Source: Devosia sp. (GTDB lineage: Bacteria; Pseudomonadota; Alphaproteobacteria; Rhizobiales; Devosiaceae). From it: DNA of 64,000 nucleotides. Location of the stretch: contig NZ_JAKFDJ010000068.1 of assembly GCF_036676215.1 (NCBI RefSeq), forward strand, positions 65,575-129,574, given 5' to 3'. Within the stretch, counting starts at the first letter, position 1, and each line of letters starts with the position of its first letter. Positions 47,237-55,949 of the stretch are shown here, piece by piece. The notes beneath the pieces were generated by a model. It was not told the DNA's origin and did no database searches. It saw nothing but the letters and a program-made list of their open reading frames with translations. A program made the translations under genes and the position numbers.

Positions 47237-49567
47237 ATGGTCGCGCCAGCCGAACCAAGAAGTAGATTCATGTCCGAACTCGACACCCGCATCGCCGCCC
47301 AGATCGCCACCGAAGTCGCCGCCCGCCCCGATCAGGTGCGCGCCGCCGTGGAACTGCTCGATGGCGGGGCAACGGTGCCGTTCATCGCGCGCTACCGCAA
47401 GGAAGTGACCGGCGGGCTGGATGATACGCAGTTGCGCCTGTTGGCCGAGCGGCTGACCTATCTGCGCGAACTGGAATCCCGCCGCGCTGCGATCCTCAAA
47501 TCCATCGACGAGCAGGGCAAGCTCACCAGCGAGCTGACCGCCTCCATCATCGGCGCTGCCACCAAGGCCGAGCTCGAAGACCTCTATCTGCCATTCAAAC
47601 CCAAGCGCCGCACCAAGGCCGAGATCGCCCGCGAGCGCGGCCTGGGCCCGCTGGCCGAAGCCATCCTTGCCAATCGCGGCGCCGATCCCGTGCTGCTCGC
47701 CGAAGGCTACATTACCGAAGAGGTGCCTGGCACCAGGGAAGCGCTTGAAGGCGCCCGCGACATCGTCATCGAGGGCCTGTCGGAAAACGCCGCCCTGCTC
47801 GGCCAGCTCCGCGCCTATATGCGCGACAAGGCCATGCTCAGTGCCAAGGTGCTCAAGGGCAAGGAAGACGCTGGCGCCAAATTTTCCGACTACTTCGCCC
47901 ATTCCGAACGCTGGAACAAGGTCGCCGGCCACCGCGCCCTCGCCATGATGCGCGGCCGCGACGAGGACTTCCTCAGCCTCGATATCGAGGTGGATGCCGA
48001 CGTCACCGACCCGATCAAACCCGCCGAGCGCTTCGTCGCTGCTGCGCTCAATGCGCAGGGCAATGGCGCAGGCGACAAATGGCTCCGCGAAGTAGCTGGC
48101 TGGGCCTGGCGCACGCGCCTGCGTGTCACGCTCTCCATCGACCTGATGGTCGAGTTGCGCGAGCGGGCCGAAGTCGAGGCCATCGGCGTCTTCGCCCGCA
48201 ATCTCAAGGACTTGCTGCTGGCCGCCCCCGCCGGCGCCCGCGCCACTATGGGGCTCGATCCCGGCATCCGCACCGGCGTCAAGGTTGCGGTCATCGACGC
48301 CACCGGTAAGGTTCTCGATACCGAAACCATCTACCCCTTCCCGCCCCGCAACGACGTGATGGGCTCGCAGGCCGCCATTCAGGCGCTGATCAAAAAGCAC
48401 GGCGTACAGCTCATCGCCATCGGCAATGGCACCGGCAGCCGCGAGACCGAAAAGCTGGTCGCCGACCTCATCGAGCGCCTGCCCGCCCCCAAACCGACCA
48501 AGGTCATCGTCTCGGAGGCCGGGGCCTCGGTCTATTCCGCGTCTGCGCTGGCCGCGGCCGAGTTCCCCAATCTCGACGTGTCCCTCCGTGGCGCTGTTTC
48601 CATCGCCCGCCGTTTGCAGGACCCACTGGCCGAACTGGTCAAGATTGAGCCCAAGGCGATCGGCGTTGGCCAGTATCAGCACGACCTCGACCAATACCGC
48701 CTTGGTCGCTCGCTCGACGCCGTGGTCGAAGACGCGGTCAACGCCGTGGGCGTCGACCTCAACACCGCCTCGGCCCCGCTGCTCGCGCGTATCTCGGGCC
48801 TTGGCCCGTCCGTCGCCGAAGCCATCGTCACGCACCGCGACGCCAATGGCCCGTTCCGCTCCCGCAAGGCACTGCTCGAGGTGCCGCGCCTCGGCCAACG
48901 CACCTTCGAGCAGAGCGCCGGGTTTCTGCGCATCACTGACGGCATCGAGCCGCTCGACGCGTCCTCGGTCCACCCTGAAGCCTATGGCGTGGCCCGCAGG
49001 ATCGTCGCCGCCTGCGGCCGTGATCTCCGGACCATCATGGGCGACAAGTCTGCCCTGTCAGGACTTGATCCGAAGAGCTTCGTCGATGACCGCTTCGGCC
49101 TTCCGACTGCGCGCGACATCCTCTCGGAACTGGAAAAGCCGGGCCGCGACCCCCGCCCGGCCTTCAAGACCGCGACATTTGCCGAGGGCGTGGATGATAT
49201 CAAACACCTCAAGCCCGGCATGATGCTGGAAGGCACCGTCACCAACGTCGCCGCCTTTGGTGCGTTCGTCGATATCGGCGTGCATCAGGACGGGCTGGTG
49301 CACGTCTCCCAGCTGGCCGACAAATTCGTCAAGGATCCCCACGAGGTCGTCAAGGCGGGCGACGTGGTCAAGGTTCGCGTCGTGGAAGTCGACGTGCCGC
49401 GCAAGCGCATCGGCCTCACCATGCGCAAGGAAATCGACACGACCGCCCCGCGTGAACGCCCCCGCGACCAGCCTCTCCGTGCCAACCAGCGCCCACCTCA
49501 GGAAGCCCCCCGCAGCACCGGCTCCCTGGGCGACATGCTCAACGAAGCCATGCGCAAGAAGACATAG
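47237..49567 (+). CDS. tex: Tex family RNA-binding transcription accessory protein
   Basis: [43 protein letters not shown]-terminal S1 domain; start 47237 (GAGGAG RBS) or 47270. Confidence 0.97.
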   Translation: MVAPAEPRSRFMSELDTRIAAQIATEVAARPDQVRAAVELLDGGATVPFIARYRKEVTGGLDDTQLRLLAERLTYLRELESRRAAILKSIDEQGKLTSELTASIIGAATKAELEDLYLPFKPKRRTKAEIARERGLGPLAEAILANRGADPVLLAEGYITEEVPGTREALEGARDIVIEGLSENAALLGQLRAYMRDKAMLSAKVLKGKEDAGAKFSDYFAHSERWNKVAGHRALAMMRGRDEDFLSLDIEVDADVTDPIKPAERFVAAALNAQGNGAGDKWLREVAGWAWRTRLRVTLSIDLMVELRERAEVEAIGVFARNLKDLLLAAPAGARATMGLDPGIRTGVKVAVIDATGKVLDTETIYPFPPRNDVMGSQAAIQALIKKHGVQLIAIGNGTGSRETEKLVADLIERLPAPKPTKVIVSEAGASVYSASALAAAEFPNLDVSLRGAVSIARRLQDPLAELVKIEPKAIGVGQYQHDLDQYRLGRSLDAVVEDAVNAVGVDLNTASAPLLARISGLGPSVAEAIVTHRDANGPFRSRKALLEVPRLGQRTFEQSAGFLRITDGIEPLDASSVHPEAYGVARRIVAACGRDLRTIMGDKSALSGLDPKSFVDDRFGLPTARDILSELEKPGRDPRPAFKTATFAEGVDDIKHLKPGMMLEGTVTNVAAFGAFVDIGVHQDGLVHVSQLADKFVKDPHEVVKAGDVVKVRVVEVDVPRKRIGLTMRKEIDTTAPRERPRDQPLRANQRPPQEAPRSTGSLGDMLNEAMRKKT

Positions 49568-49650
49568 CGCACAATGATGGTACTGCGAGGTACCCAGATA
49601 ACTGGCCCACGTTGGCGGAGCTCGGTCTGATGGGCATATCCGCCTTGCGG

Positions 49651-50802
49651 CTACGGCGCTCGGTCGAACTGTAGGCCAGCCAGCACGCAGCCCTCAGCCT
49701 CACCGACCAGAAAAGCGCCACCAGTCTGGGAAATCGGGCAGGTCATGGGGAAGCTTGCATTGCCGACCGAACCTGTGGCTTCGGACATGACGAGTTCGGT
49801 GTCGCTCAGGGTATAACTTCCCTCTACGATTCGGCCGTCGTCACTGCTGAGCGTAAAGCGGTCGTCCTCGCCCAGGGTCAGCGACAAGCCCGACGCAGCG
49901 CCTCCGTCACTGGCCGTAAATCTGCCTATCCAGGCCGCGGAGTCCGCCGCCGATGTCGCCTGGCTGATGCGGGCTTCAAGTGCCGAAAGTTCGTCACCCC
50001 GCGCGGTCACGCTCGCTGCCAGTTCCTCGACCTGCGGCTGTAGCTCGTCACGCTGAGCCTGGTAGCCCTCGACATCCTTGGCCAGTTGCTCGCGGCGTGC
50101 ATCCAGGTCGGCCACCTGCTGCTGCAGCGTCAGAACATCGGCCCCAGCGGTTTCGCTTTGCGCCGTGGCTTCAGCTGCCTGGTTCTGTACGGCGGCAAGC
50201 TCCTCGCGGGCCGATTGAAGCTGCGCCTGCGTATCGGCCAATGTAGATGTGGCGGTCGCCGCTTCTTCAGTCAGCTGAGCCGCCCGGGCGGTGGCTTCTG
50301 CCTCCTGATTGCGCACCTGTTCGAGACGAGCGCCGACGTCGGCGAATTGCTGATTGGCAGTTTCGATCTGGGTGGTCAGCTCTTGCTGCTGAGCCGCAAG
50401 GACGTCGGTTTCGGCGCGGGCATCGACCAATTGTTGCTCGATGGCTGCGGCATCGGCACGACGGGTTTCAAGGTCTTCAGTGGCTGTCGCCAGTTCGCCT
50501 TCGCGTTTGGCCAGTTCGGCATTGAGGTTGTCACGGGACGCCGAAACCGCAGCGAGATCTTGTTGAGCGGTGGCCAGCTGCGCAGCAATGTCGACCAGAG
50601 CGCCCTCGGTTGCTTCGCGCTCCTGAAGCTGCGCAGCGACGTCATCACGCTCCGTGGTCAGTGTTGCAATGGCCTGTTGCTGCCGGCCGCCCTGGCTTGC
50701 CGAGTTGATCCACACTGCAAACAAGGCGATCCAACCGGCCACGGCGATGATGAGGATGGTCAAGACGAGCGGTTCGCGCAGGCGCTTCGACAGGTCCGGC
50801 AT
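49651..50802 (-). CDS. Membrane-anchored long coiled-coil protein, unknown function
   Basis: N-terminal TM, ~250 aa of Ala/Gln/Glu-rich heptads, C-terminal beta-rich domain with two Cys. Confidence 0.75.
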   Translation of the reverse strand: MPDLSKRLREPLVLTILIIAVAGWIALFAVWINSASQGGRQQQAIATLTTERDDVAAQLQEREATEGALVDIAAQLATAQQDLAAVSASRDNLNAELAKREGELATATEDLETRRADAAAIEQQLVDARAETDVLAAQQQELTTQIETANQQFADVGARLEQVRNQEAEATARAAQLTEEAATATSTLADTQAQLQSAREELAAVQNQAAEATAQSETAGADVLTLQQQVADLDARREQLAKDVEGYQAQRDELQPQVEELAASVTARGDELSALEARISQATSAADSAAWIGRFTASDGGAASGLSLTLGEDDRFTLSSDDGRIVEGSYTLSDTELVMSEATGSVGNASFPMTCPISQTGGAFLVGEAEGCVLAGLQFDRAP

Positions 50803-51163
50803 GGCAGCGTGTCCTCAAGAGATTTTACAATCGGACAACGCATGCGCGTTGCCGTTGTTCCGAGGCTGAACAGAGCGTGAGGGCAGCATGACAGCCGAGT
50901 TGTCTCACTTGAGCTCGACCGGTCCCTGCAAGGGGTTGAAGTAGGAGTGACTACATGAGAGCGAGGCGACTGTAGCGAGACTCGCGCGACAGCAGGCCGG
51001 CCCCCACACCGTTGGCGGGGCGGGGCCGAACGGTGGCCCGTTCACAAAGAAGCGACAAGGAGACTATTGCAATATGGCCTGATGTCGGCTTCGCTTGGTC
51101 CATCGACCAAATACCGGCAAACTGTCGCTTTTCGGCGCTGCCATCGGGTTGGGAGGTCTTCCA

Positions 51164-51691
51164 ATGAACAGAACACGAAGAATTGGGCTGTCTGGCGGCG
51201 CGGCGGTGATGGTCGCGGTTGGCTCCGCGCTCATCGCGGTATCGGGAACGGCGCCCGGGCTGGCAAATCCCGCGCTCCAAGCCGTACGGGTTCTGCCAGC
51301 GCCGCCATCGGAAAACCCTCTTCTGCTCGCCCAGGCCGAGGTGGCCCCGGTCCAGGCCCCGGTCTCCTACGCGGCCGATCAGGCCGATCGCGGCAAGCAG
51401 GATTACGAAGACAACTGTACCGAATGCCACGGCGAGGATCTCAATGGCGGGCTGCTGGGCGGGGCGCCGCTCAAAGGGCTGAGCTTTGAGGAGAAATATG
51501 CCAAGGGCGCGCCGGCCGGGATGTTGTTCGAGATCATGTCGGCCACCATGCCGCCCAACGCCCCGGGACGCTATTCTGCCAGCACCTATGCCGACCTGAT
51601 GGCCTATATCCTCAAGCGGAACGGCTTCCGGCAGGGCGCGCCCCTGCCCTCCGACGTCGACGCGCTCTACGAGCTGATCATGGAGAAGTGA
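51164..51691 (+). CDS. Periplasmic monoheme cytochrome c
   Basis: Signal peptide; CTECHG heme motif; distal MP in TMPPNAPG; GGAGG RBS. Confidence 0.92.
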   Translation: MNRTRRIGLSGGAAVMVAVGSALIAVSGTAPGLANPALQAVRVLPAPPSENPLLLAQAEVAPVQAPVSYAADQADRGKQDYEDNCTECHGEDLNGGLLGGAPLKGLSFEEKYAKGAPAGMLFEIMSATMPPNAPGRYSASTYADLMAYILKRNGFRQGAPLPSDVDALYELIMEK

Positions 51692-51731
51692 GCGGCGCGC
51701 CCGACAGCCGGCCCGGCGCGAGGAGGCGCAC

Positions 51732-52352
51732 ATGATTGGCGCGGAACTGACCATCCAACTGGTGGTGCTGCGCCTCTTTGCGGGGCTGATCATTGTCGCC
51801 GTACAGGGGGCGACGATCGCCGCCGCGGCAGTACTGCTTGGCGACAAGGGACCGCGCTATGACGGGCGGCTGACGCTGTTGCCTCTGGCACATCTCGACC
51901 TTCTGGGTCTGGTCTCCATCATGGTGTCGGGCCTGGGCTGGAGCAAGCCGGTCGCGATCGAGACCGCGCGGCTGCGGTTCGGGCGCTGGGGGCTGGTGAT
52001 CGCCGCCTTGGCGGGCAGCGTGGCACTGCTGGTGGCCGGCTATCTGATCCTGCTGCTGATCATTCCACTGCTGACGCTGCTGCCCTATACTGCCGGGCTG
52101 ACCGGGGCAGCCTTCGTGCGCGTCGCGGCGCGGCTTTGTGTCTGGATGGCACTGTTCTCCCTCTTGCCCGTGCCGCCGCTGGCCGGCGCTCACCTGCTGG
52201 CGGCGATCGGCATCCGCCTGCCTGCCTGGGTGGGCATCGTGATCGGGATTGGCCTGCTGGCTGCGTCGGCCTTCGGCATCACCAGGATGCTGCTGACGCC
52301 GGCATACGAGGTCGTCGCCCCGCTGGTCCTCGGGCTGGAGCTGGCCGGCTAG
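51732..52352 (+). CDS. Site-2 protease (M50, YwhC-like) homologue lacking catalytic residues
   Basis: LGD...GRLTL.PLAHLD..G, GWSKPV, ALAG and LLPVPPL.G scaffold intact; HExxH replaced by QGATI and LDG by LAG; AGGAGG RBS. Confidence 0.8.
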   Translation: MIGAELTIQLVVLRLFAGLIIVAVQGATIAAAAVLLGDKGPRYDGRLTLLPLAHLDLLGLVSIMVSGLGWSKPVAIETARLRFGRWGLVIAALAGSVALLVAGYLILLLIIPLLTLLPYTAGLTGAAFVRVAARLCVWMALFSLLPVPPLAGAHLLAAIGIRLPAWVGIVIGIGLLAASAFGITRMLLTPAYEVVAPLVLGLELAG

Positions 52353-53143
52353 TCGATCGGGGCGGCGCCGTAGCGATCGAGAATGGCGGCGATGGTACCG
52401 TCGGCGGAAAGCTCGGCGAAGGCCTGGTCGATGGCGCCCTTGAGGGTCATGTCGCCTTTCCAGAGCCCGAAGACCAACTGGTAGCGCCCGAGCTCGGGTG
52501 GTGTCCACTGCACCGTCCAGCCGTTCTCCTCCGCAAGTTTGGTGGCCAGCATGGCCTCGGTCACCCCGGCGTCCAGCGTGCCGGCGGAAATGGCGAGGAC
52601 CAGGGCGTCGGACGTGGTGAGCACACGCGCCGTGGCGCCCTCGGCGCGCAGGAAACGCGAGAGCCCTATGCGGTCGAGGCCCGAGACCAGCACCAGCGCG
52701 CCGACATCGAGGCCGGCAAGCGAGGTCAGCGGGACCGGCGAGATGATGGCCCAGCCGGTATCGGCATAGGGCGGACCGGTTTCGAGAAACGAGCGCGTCT
52801 GGACCGAGTTCACCACGCCGCCCGCGATCACCTGGCACTGGGCCCTGTTGAGGCCCCAGTTGCGTGGGTTGAAGTCGCGCCCCATGGCGCGGTTCTCGCT
52901 GAGCACCAGCGACACGCCGATGCGCCCGGCAACCTCGCGCAACAGCTCGATGTCGATACCGGGCCGTTCGGGATCGCCGGTGACCAGCGGCGGATAGGCA
53001 GGCGGAACGCAGGCCTTCAGCGTTGCGGCGGCACGCACCTCGGAAAGCGAGGTGTCCGGCGGCAGGAAGGTGACCGCCAAGAGCAGCACCAGGACCACGG
53101 CGATGCCCCCGAAATTGCGCAACAGGCCGCGGAAAAAAGCCAT
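52349..53143 (-). CDS. Family-3 substrate-binding protein (MxaJ/XoxJ-like), membrane anchored
   Basis: LKACVP..YPP, GIDIEL...VA..IG, DGTIAAILDRYG C-terminus. Confidence 0.8.
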   Translation of the reverse strand: MAFFRGLLRNFGGIAVVLVLLLAVTFLPPDTSLSEVRAAATLKACVPPAYPPLVTGDPERPGIDIELLREVAGRIGVSLVLSENRAMGRDFNPRNWGLNRAQCQVIAGGVVNSVQTRSFLETGPPYADTGWAIISPVPLTSLAGLDVGALVLVSGLDRIGLSRFLRAEGATARVLTTSDALVLAISAGTLDAGVTEAMLATKLAEENGWTVQWTPPELGRYQLVFGLWKGDMTLKGAIDQAFAELSADGTIAAILDRYGAAPID

Positions 53144-53150
53144 CGGCGCC

Positions 53151-53996
53151 TCAAGCCCGGTTGAAGTCGTAGAGCGCGATGGCGAACAGCACCACGCCGG
53201 AAACAGCCATCACCACGATCCCCATCCACGGGTCGAACTGGTTGTAGTCGATCAGCGCGCCGCGCAGAGAATCGACCGCGTAGGTCAGGGGATTCCATTC
53301 AACGATCGTGACCAGCCAGTCCGGATAGACCACCCTCGTCTGGGCCCGGGACAGGGACGGGTCGAGCGGAAAGATCGAGCTCGAGGTGAAATAGAGCGGC
53401 AGGATGACTGCGTTCGAGAAGATACCAAAACCCTCGAAGGTGCGGATGCGGTTGGCGATCACCACGCCAAGGGAGGTGAGCGCAAAGGCGAGCATCGCCA
53501 TCAGCCCCAGCGCCGAGAGGATGTCGGTCCAGGTCAGCGCCACGCCGGCGAAGCGCGCCAGGATCAGAACGAGGCACCCGTGCAGCACCGCCACGGTGGC
53601 ACCGCCCAGTATCTTGCCAAGCAGCACCGTGGCCCGTGACAGGGGCGAGACCAGGACTTCGCGCAGGAAGCCGAATTCGCGGTCCCAGATCACCGAGACG
53701 GCCGACTGCACCGAGGTGAACATGATGTTGAGCGCGACGACCGCGGGGAAAATGAACTGGAGATAGGTGAAGGGCACGACAAAGGTGGTCGCGCCATAAA
53801 CCTCGCCGCGGAAGTAGGGATTGAGACCGATCCCCAGGATCAGCACCCACAGAATCGGGCGACTGAGTCCGCCGACCAGCTGGCCGCGGTCGCGCACCGC
53901 CCGCATGACTTCCCTCAGCCACAGTCCATACAGCCCGCCCAGTTGCACCAGCAGCCATGAGCGGCGGGAAGCAGGAGCTACATCGGTATCGCTCAT
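53151..53996 (-). CDS. ABC-2 type exporter permease
   Basis: DREFGFLREVLVSP.SR..VLLGK, NPLTYAVD.LRG. Confidence 0.9.
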   Translation of the reverse strand: MSDTDVAPASRRSWLLVQLGGLYGLWLREVMRAVRDRGQLVGGLSRPILWVLILGIGLNPYFRGEVYGATTFVVPFTYLQFIFPAVVALNIMFTSVQSAVSVIWDREFGFLREVLVSPLSRATVLLGKILGGATVAVLHGCLVLILARFAGVALTWTDILSALGLMAMLAFALTSLGVVIANRIRTFEGFGIFSNAVILPLYFTSSSIFPLDPSLSRAQTRVVYPDWLVTIVEWNPLTYAVDSLRGALIDYNQFDPWMGIVVMAVSGVVLFAIALYDFNRA

Positions 53997-55000
53997 CTGG
54001 TGTGTTCTCCTCCGTGACGACCGAAAGCCGCCGTACGCTCGTGGGCGCCAGCGCCCTGGTCGCGCAATTCGCGTCCGGTCAGCGACAGGAACACCGATTC
54101 AAGGCTTGGCACCTCGTTGGAAAGCGCGCGGATGCGGGTGCCGAATTCGGCCAGAAACGTCTCGACGAACGGATCGTCGGACTTGAGCACGATTTCTTCG
54201 CCGGTCTGATGGACCACCCGCTCGGCGAAGCGCCTCAGGATTTCGGCGCGATCGGCGTCAGCTCGCGGCAAGACCCTTAGCAGCTGCTGCCCATGGGCAC
54301 GGCGCAAGGCGGCGGGCGTGTCGATAGCCAGCACCTTGCCATTGTCGATGATGCAGACCCGGTCGCAGCTCTCGACTTCCTCGATATAGTGGGTGGTGAC
54401 CACCACGGTGAGCGCCCGGTCGGCCTGCAGGCGGCGGACATAGTTCCAGATGCGCTCGCGCGTCTGGGCGTCCAGTCCGACGGTGGGCTCGTCAAGAAGC
54501 ATGATCTCGGAATCGTGGATCAGCGCACGGGCGATCTCGAGCCGCCGCTTCATGCCCGAGGACAGGCTGCGCACCGGCTTGTCGGCCCAGTCGGCAAGTT
54601 CGACGAGGGCCAGCATTTCCGCAATGCGTTGGCGGCGCAGGCGGCGCGGGACGCCGAAGACCAGGCCGTGCAGGTTGAGATTTTCCCGGACGGTCAGGCG
54701 GTCGTCAAGGCTGGGCTCCTGGAAGACGATGCCCAGCCGGCTGCGGGCCGCGAGCGGGGCGCGCACGACATCGTGGCCGGCCACCTCTGCACTGCCGCTG
54801 TCGGGCCGCAGGACGGTGCACAGGATGTGCAGGAGCGTCGTCTTGCCGGCACCATTGGGCCCGAGCAGGGCGAAAAGCTCGCGCCTGCCCACTTCGAAGC
54901 TAACCCCGTCCAGCGCCAGCGTGCGCCCGTAGCGCTTGGAAACGGCGTCGACGCGGATGGCGGGTTGAGGCAATGCCTGGGACGACGACAGGTCAGCCAT
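53993..55000 (-). CDS. ABC-2 type exporter ATP-binding protein
   Basis: GPNGAGKTT, LSSGMKRR, LDEPTVGLD, TTHY.EE, SLESVFL.LTG. Confidence 0.93.
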   Translation of the reverse strand: MADLSSSQALPQPAIRVDAVSKRYGRTLALDGVSFEVGRRELFALLGPNGAGKTTLLHILCTVLRPDSGSAEVAGHDVVRAPLAARSRLGIVFQEPSLDDRLTVRENLNLHGLVFGVPRRLRRQRIAEMLALVELADWADKPVRSLSSGMKRRLEIARALIHDSEIMLLDEPTVGLDAQTRERIWNYVRRLQADRALTVVVTTHYIEEVESCDRVCIIDNGKVLAIDTPAALRRAHGQQLLRVLPRADADRAEILRRFAERVVHQTGEEIVLKSDDPFVETFLAEFGTRIRALSNEVPSLESVFLSLTGRELRDQGAGAHERTAAFGRHGGEHTR

Positions 55001-55869
55001 TACGGGGCCGCCGTGGCAGGGAAATCGAAGTCATCGAGTATCGCGCCGATGGTCCCGTCGGCGGTGAGCGCCGCGACCGCCTCGTCGATGGCGCTGCGCA
55101 GGAAAGTCTCGTCGGACAGCAGCAGCGCGCCCACACCCAGGCTCGTGGGCGGCATTGGGTTGGAATCGATCGCGCGCAGGTCGGCATAGGAGGAGTCTGC
55201 GCGCTGCTTGGCCCACAGAACAGGGGCCCAGACGAGCGCGACGTCGACGGTGCCGTTGAGCAGCGACTCGAGGGCGAGGTCGTTGGTCCCCATGGGATAG
55301 GTCGGCCAGCGCTGCTCGGCCGGTAACGCGATCAGGTAGGAGACCAGCCGGACATGCGCCGAGGTGCCAATCGTCGCGCCGATCGGACGCCCGGGCGCCA
55401 GATCGGCGAGCGATCGGATGTCAGGGTCGGCGGTGACGAACACGTATTGCGTTTCATAATACGGCCGGGTCAGCGTGACCCAGTTGGCAAATCCCTCAGG
55501 GATCAGCTTGAAGCCCATATGCATGTCGCAGTGCTCCAGCATGAGCCCATAGACTCTGGTAATGTCCTCCTGGACGACGGCGCTTTCGACGACGTATCGG
55601 TGCGGCTCGAGCAGCAACGCCCCGGCAACGGCGTCGGCGATGGCGCCGGCGACCTCCCAGTCGGCGTCGCGTCGATCAACGCAATAACGAAGCTGGGATT
55701 CATCGAGCCGCCGGCCAAGGTTCCACTGACCGTGGGCGTAGGGCTTTTCGAAGAATTCGGGTTCGCCCTGGGCCGAGACCTGCCCCTGCGCCAGCAAAGC
55801 CAGCATGCATGCGAGCACAGCGGCCAGCAGGTGCCTCGTCAGCCGCGGGAATGGGAAAGCGATGCGCAA
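55000..55869 (-). CDS. Family-3 substrate-binding protein (MxaJ/XoxJ-like)
   Basis: Signal peptide; LRYCVD, CD..MG, TRPYY...YVFV, DVALVWAP, DGTIGAIL; TTG start. Confidence 0.82.
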   Translation of the reverse strand: MRIAFPFPRLTRHLLAAVLACMLALLAQGQVSAQGEPEFFEKPYAHGQWNLGRRLDESQLRYCVDRRDADWEVAGAIADAVAGALLLEPHRYVVESAVVQEDITRVYGLMLEHCDMHMGFKLIPEGFANWVTLTRPYYETQYVFVTADPDIRSLADLAPGRPIGATIGTSAHVRLVSYLIALPAEQRWPTYPMGTNDLALESLLNGTVDVALVWAPVLWAKQRADSSYADLRAIDSNPMPPTSLGVGALLLSDETFLRSAIDEAVAALTADGTIGAILDDFDFPATAAP

Positions 55870-55889
55870 GATCGGACCTCACAAACGCA

Positions 55890-55922
55890 CCGGGCGGACT
55901 GGAGATTTCCAGGTCCGCCCGG
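55890..55922. other. Intergenic stem-loop after the PQQ dehydrogenase (attenuator or mRNA-stabilising hairpin)
   Basis: CCGGGCGGAC-TGGA...TCCA-G-GTCCGCCCGG, no U-tract. Confidence 0.5.
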
Positions 55923-55949
55923 GCCGGTTTTCGGGATCAGCCTAACTAA

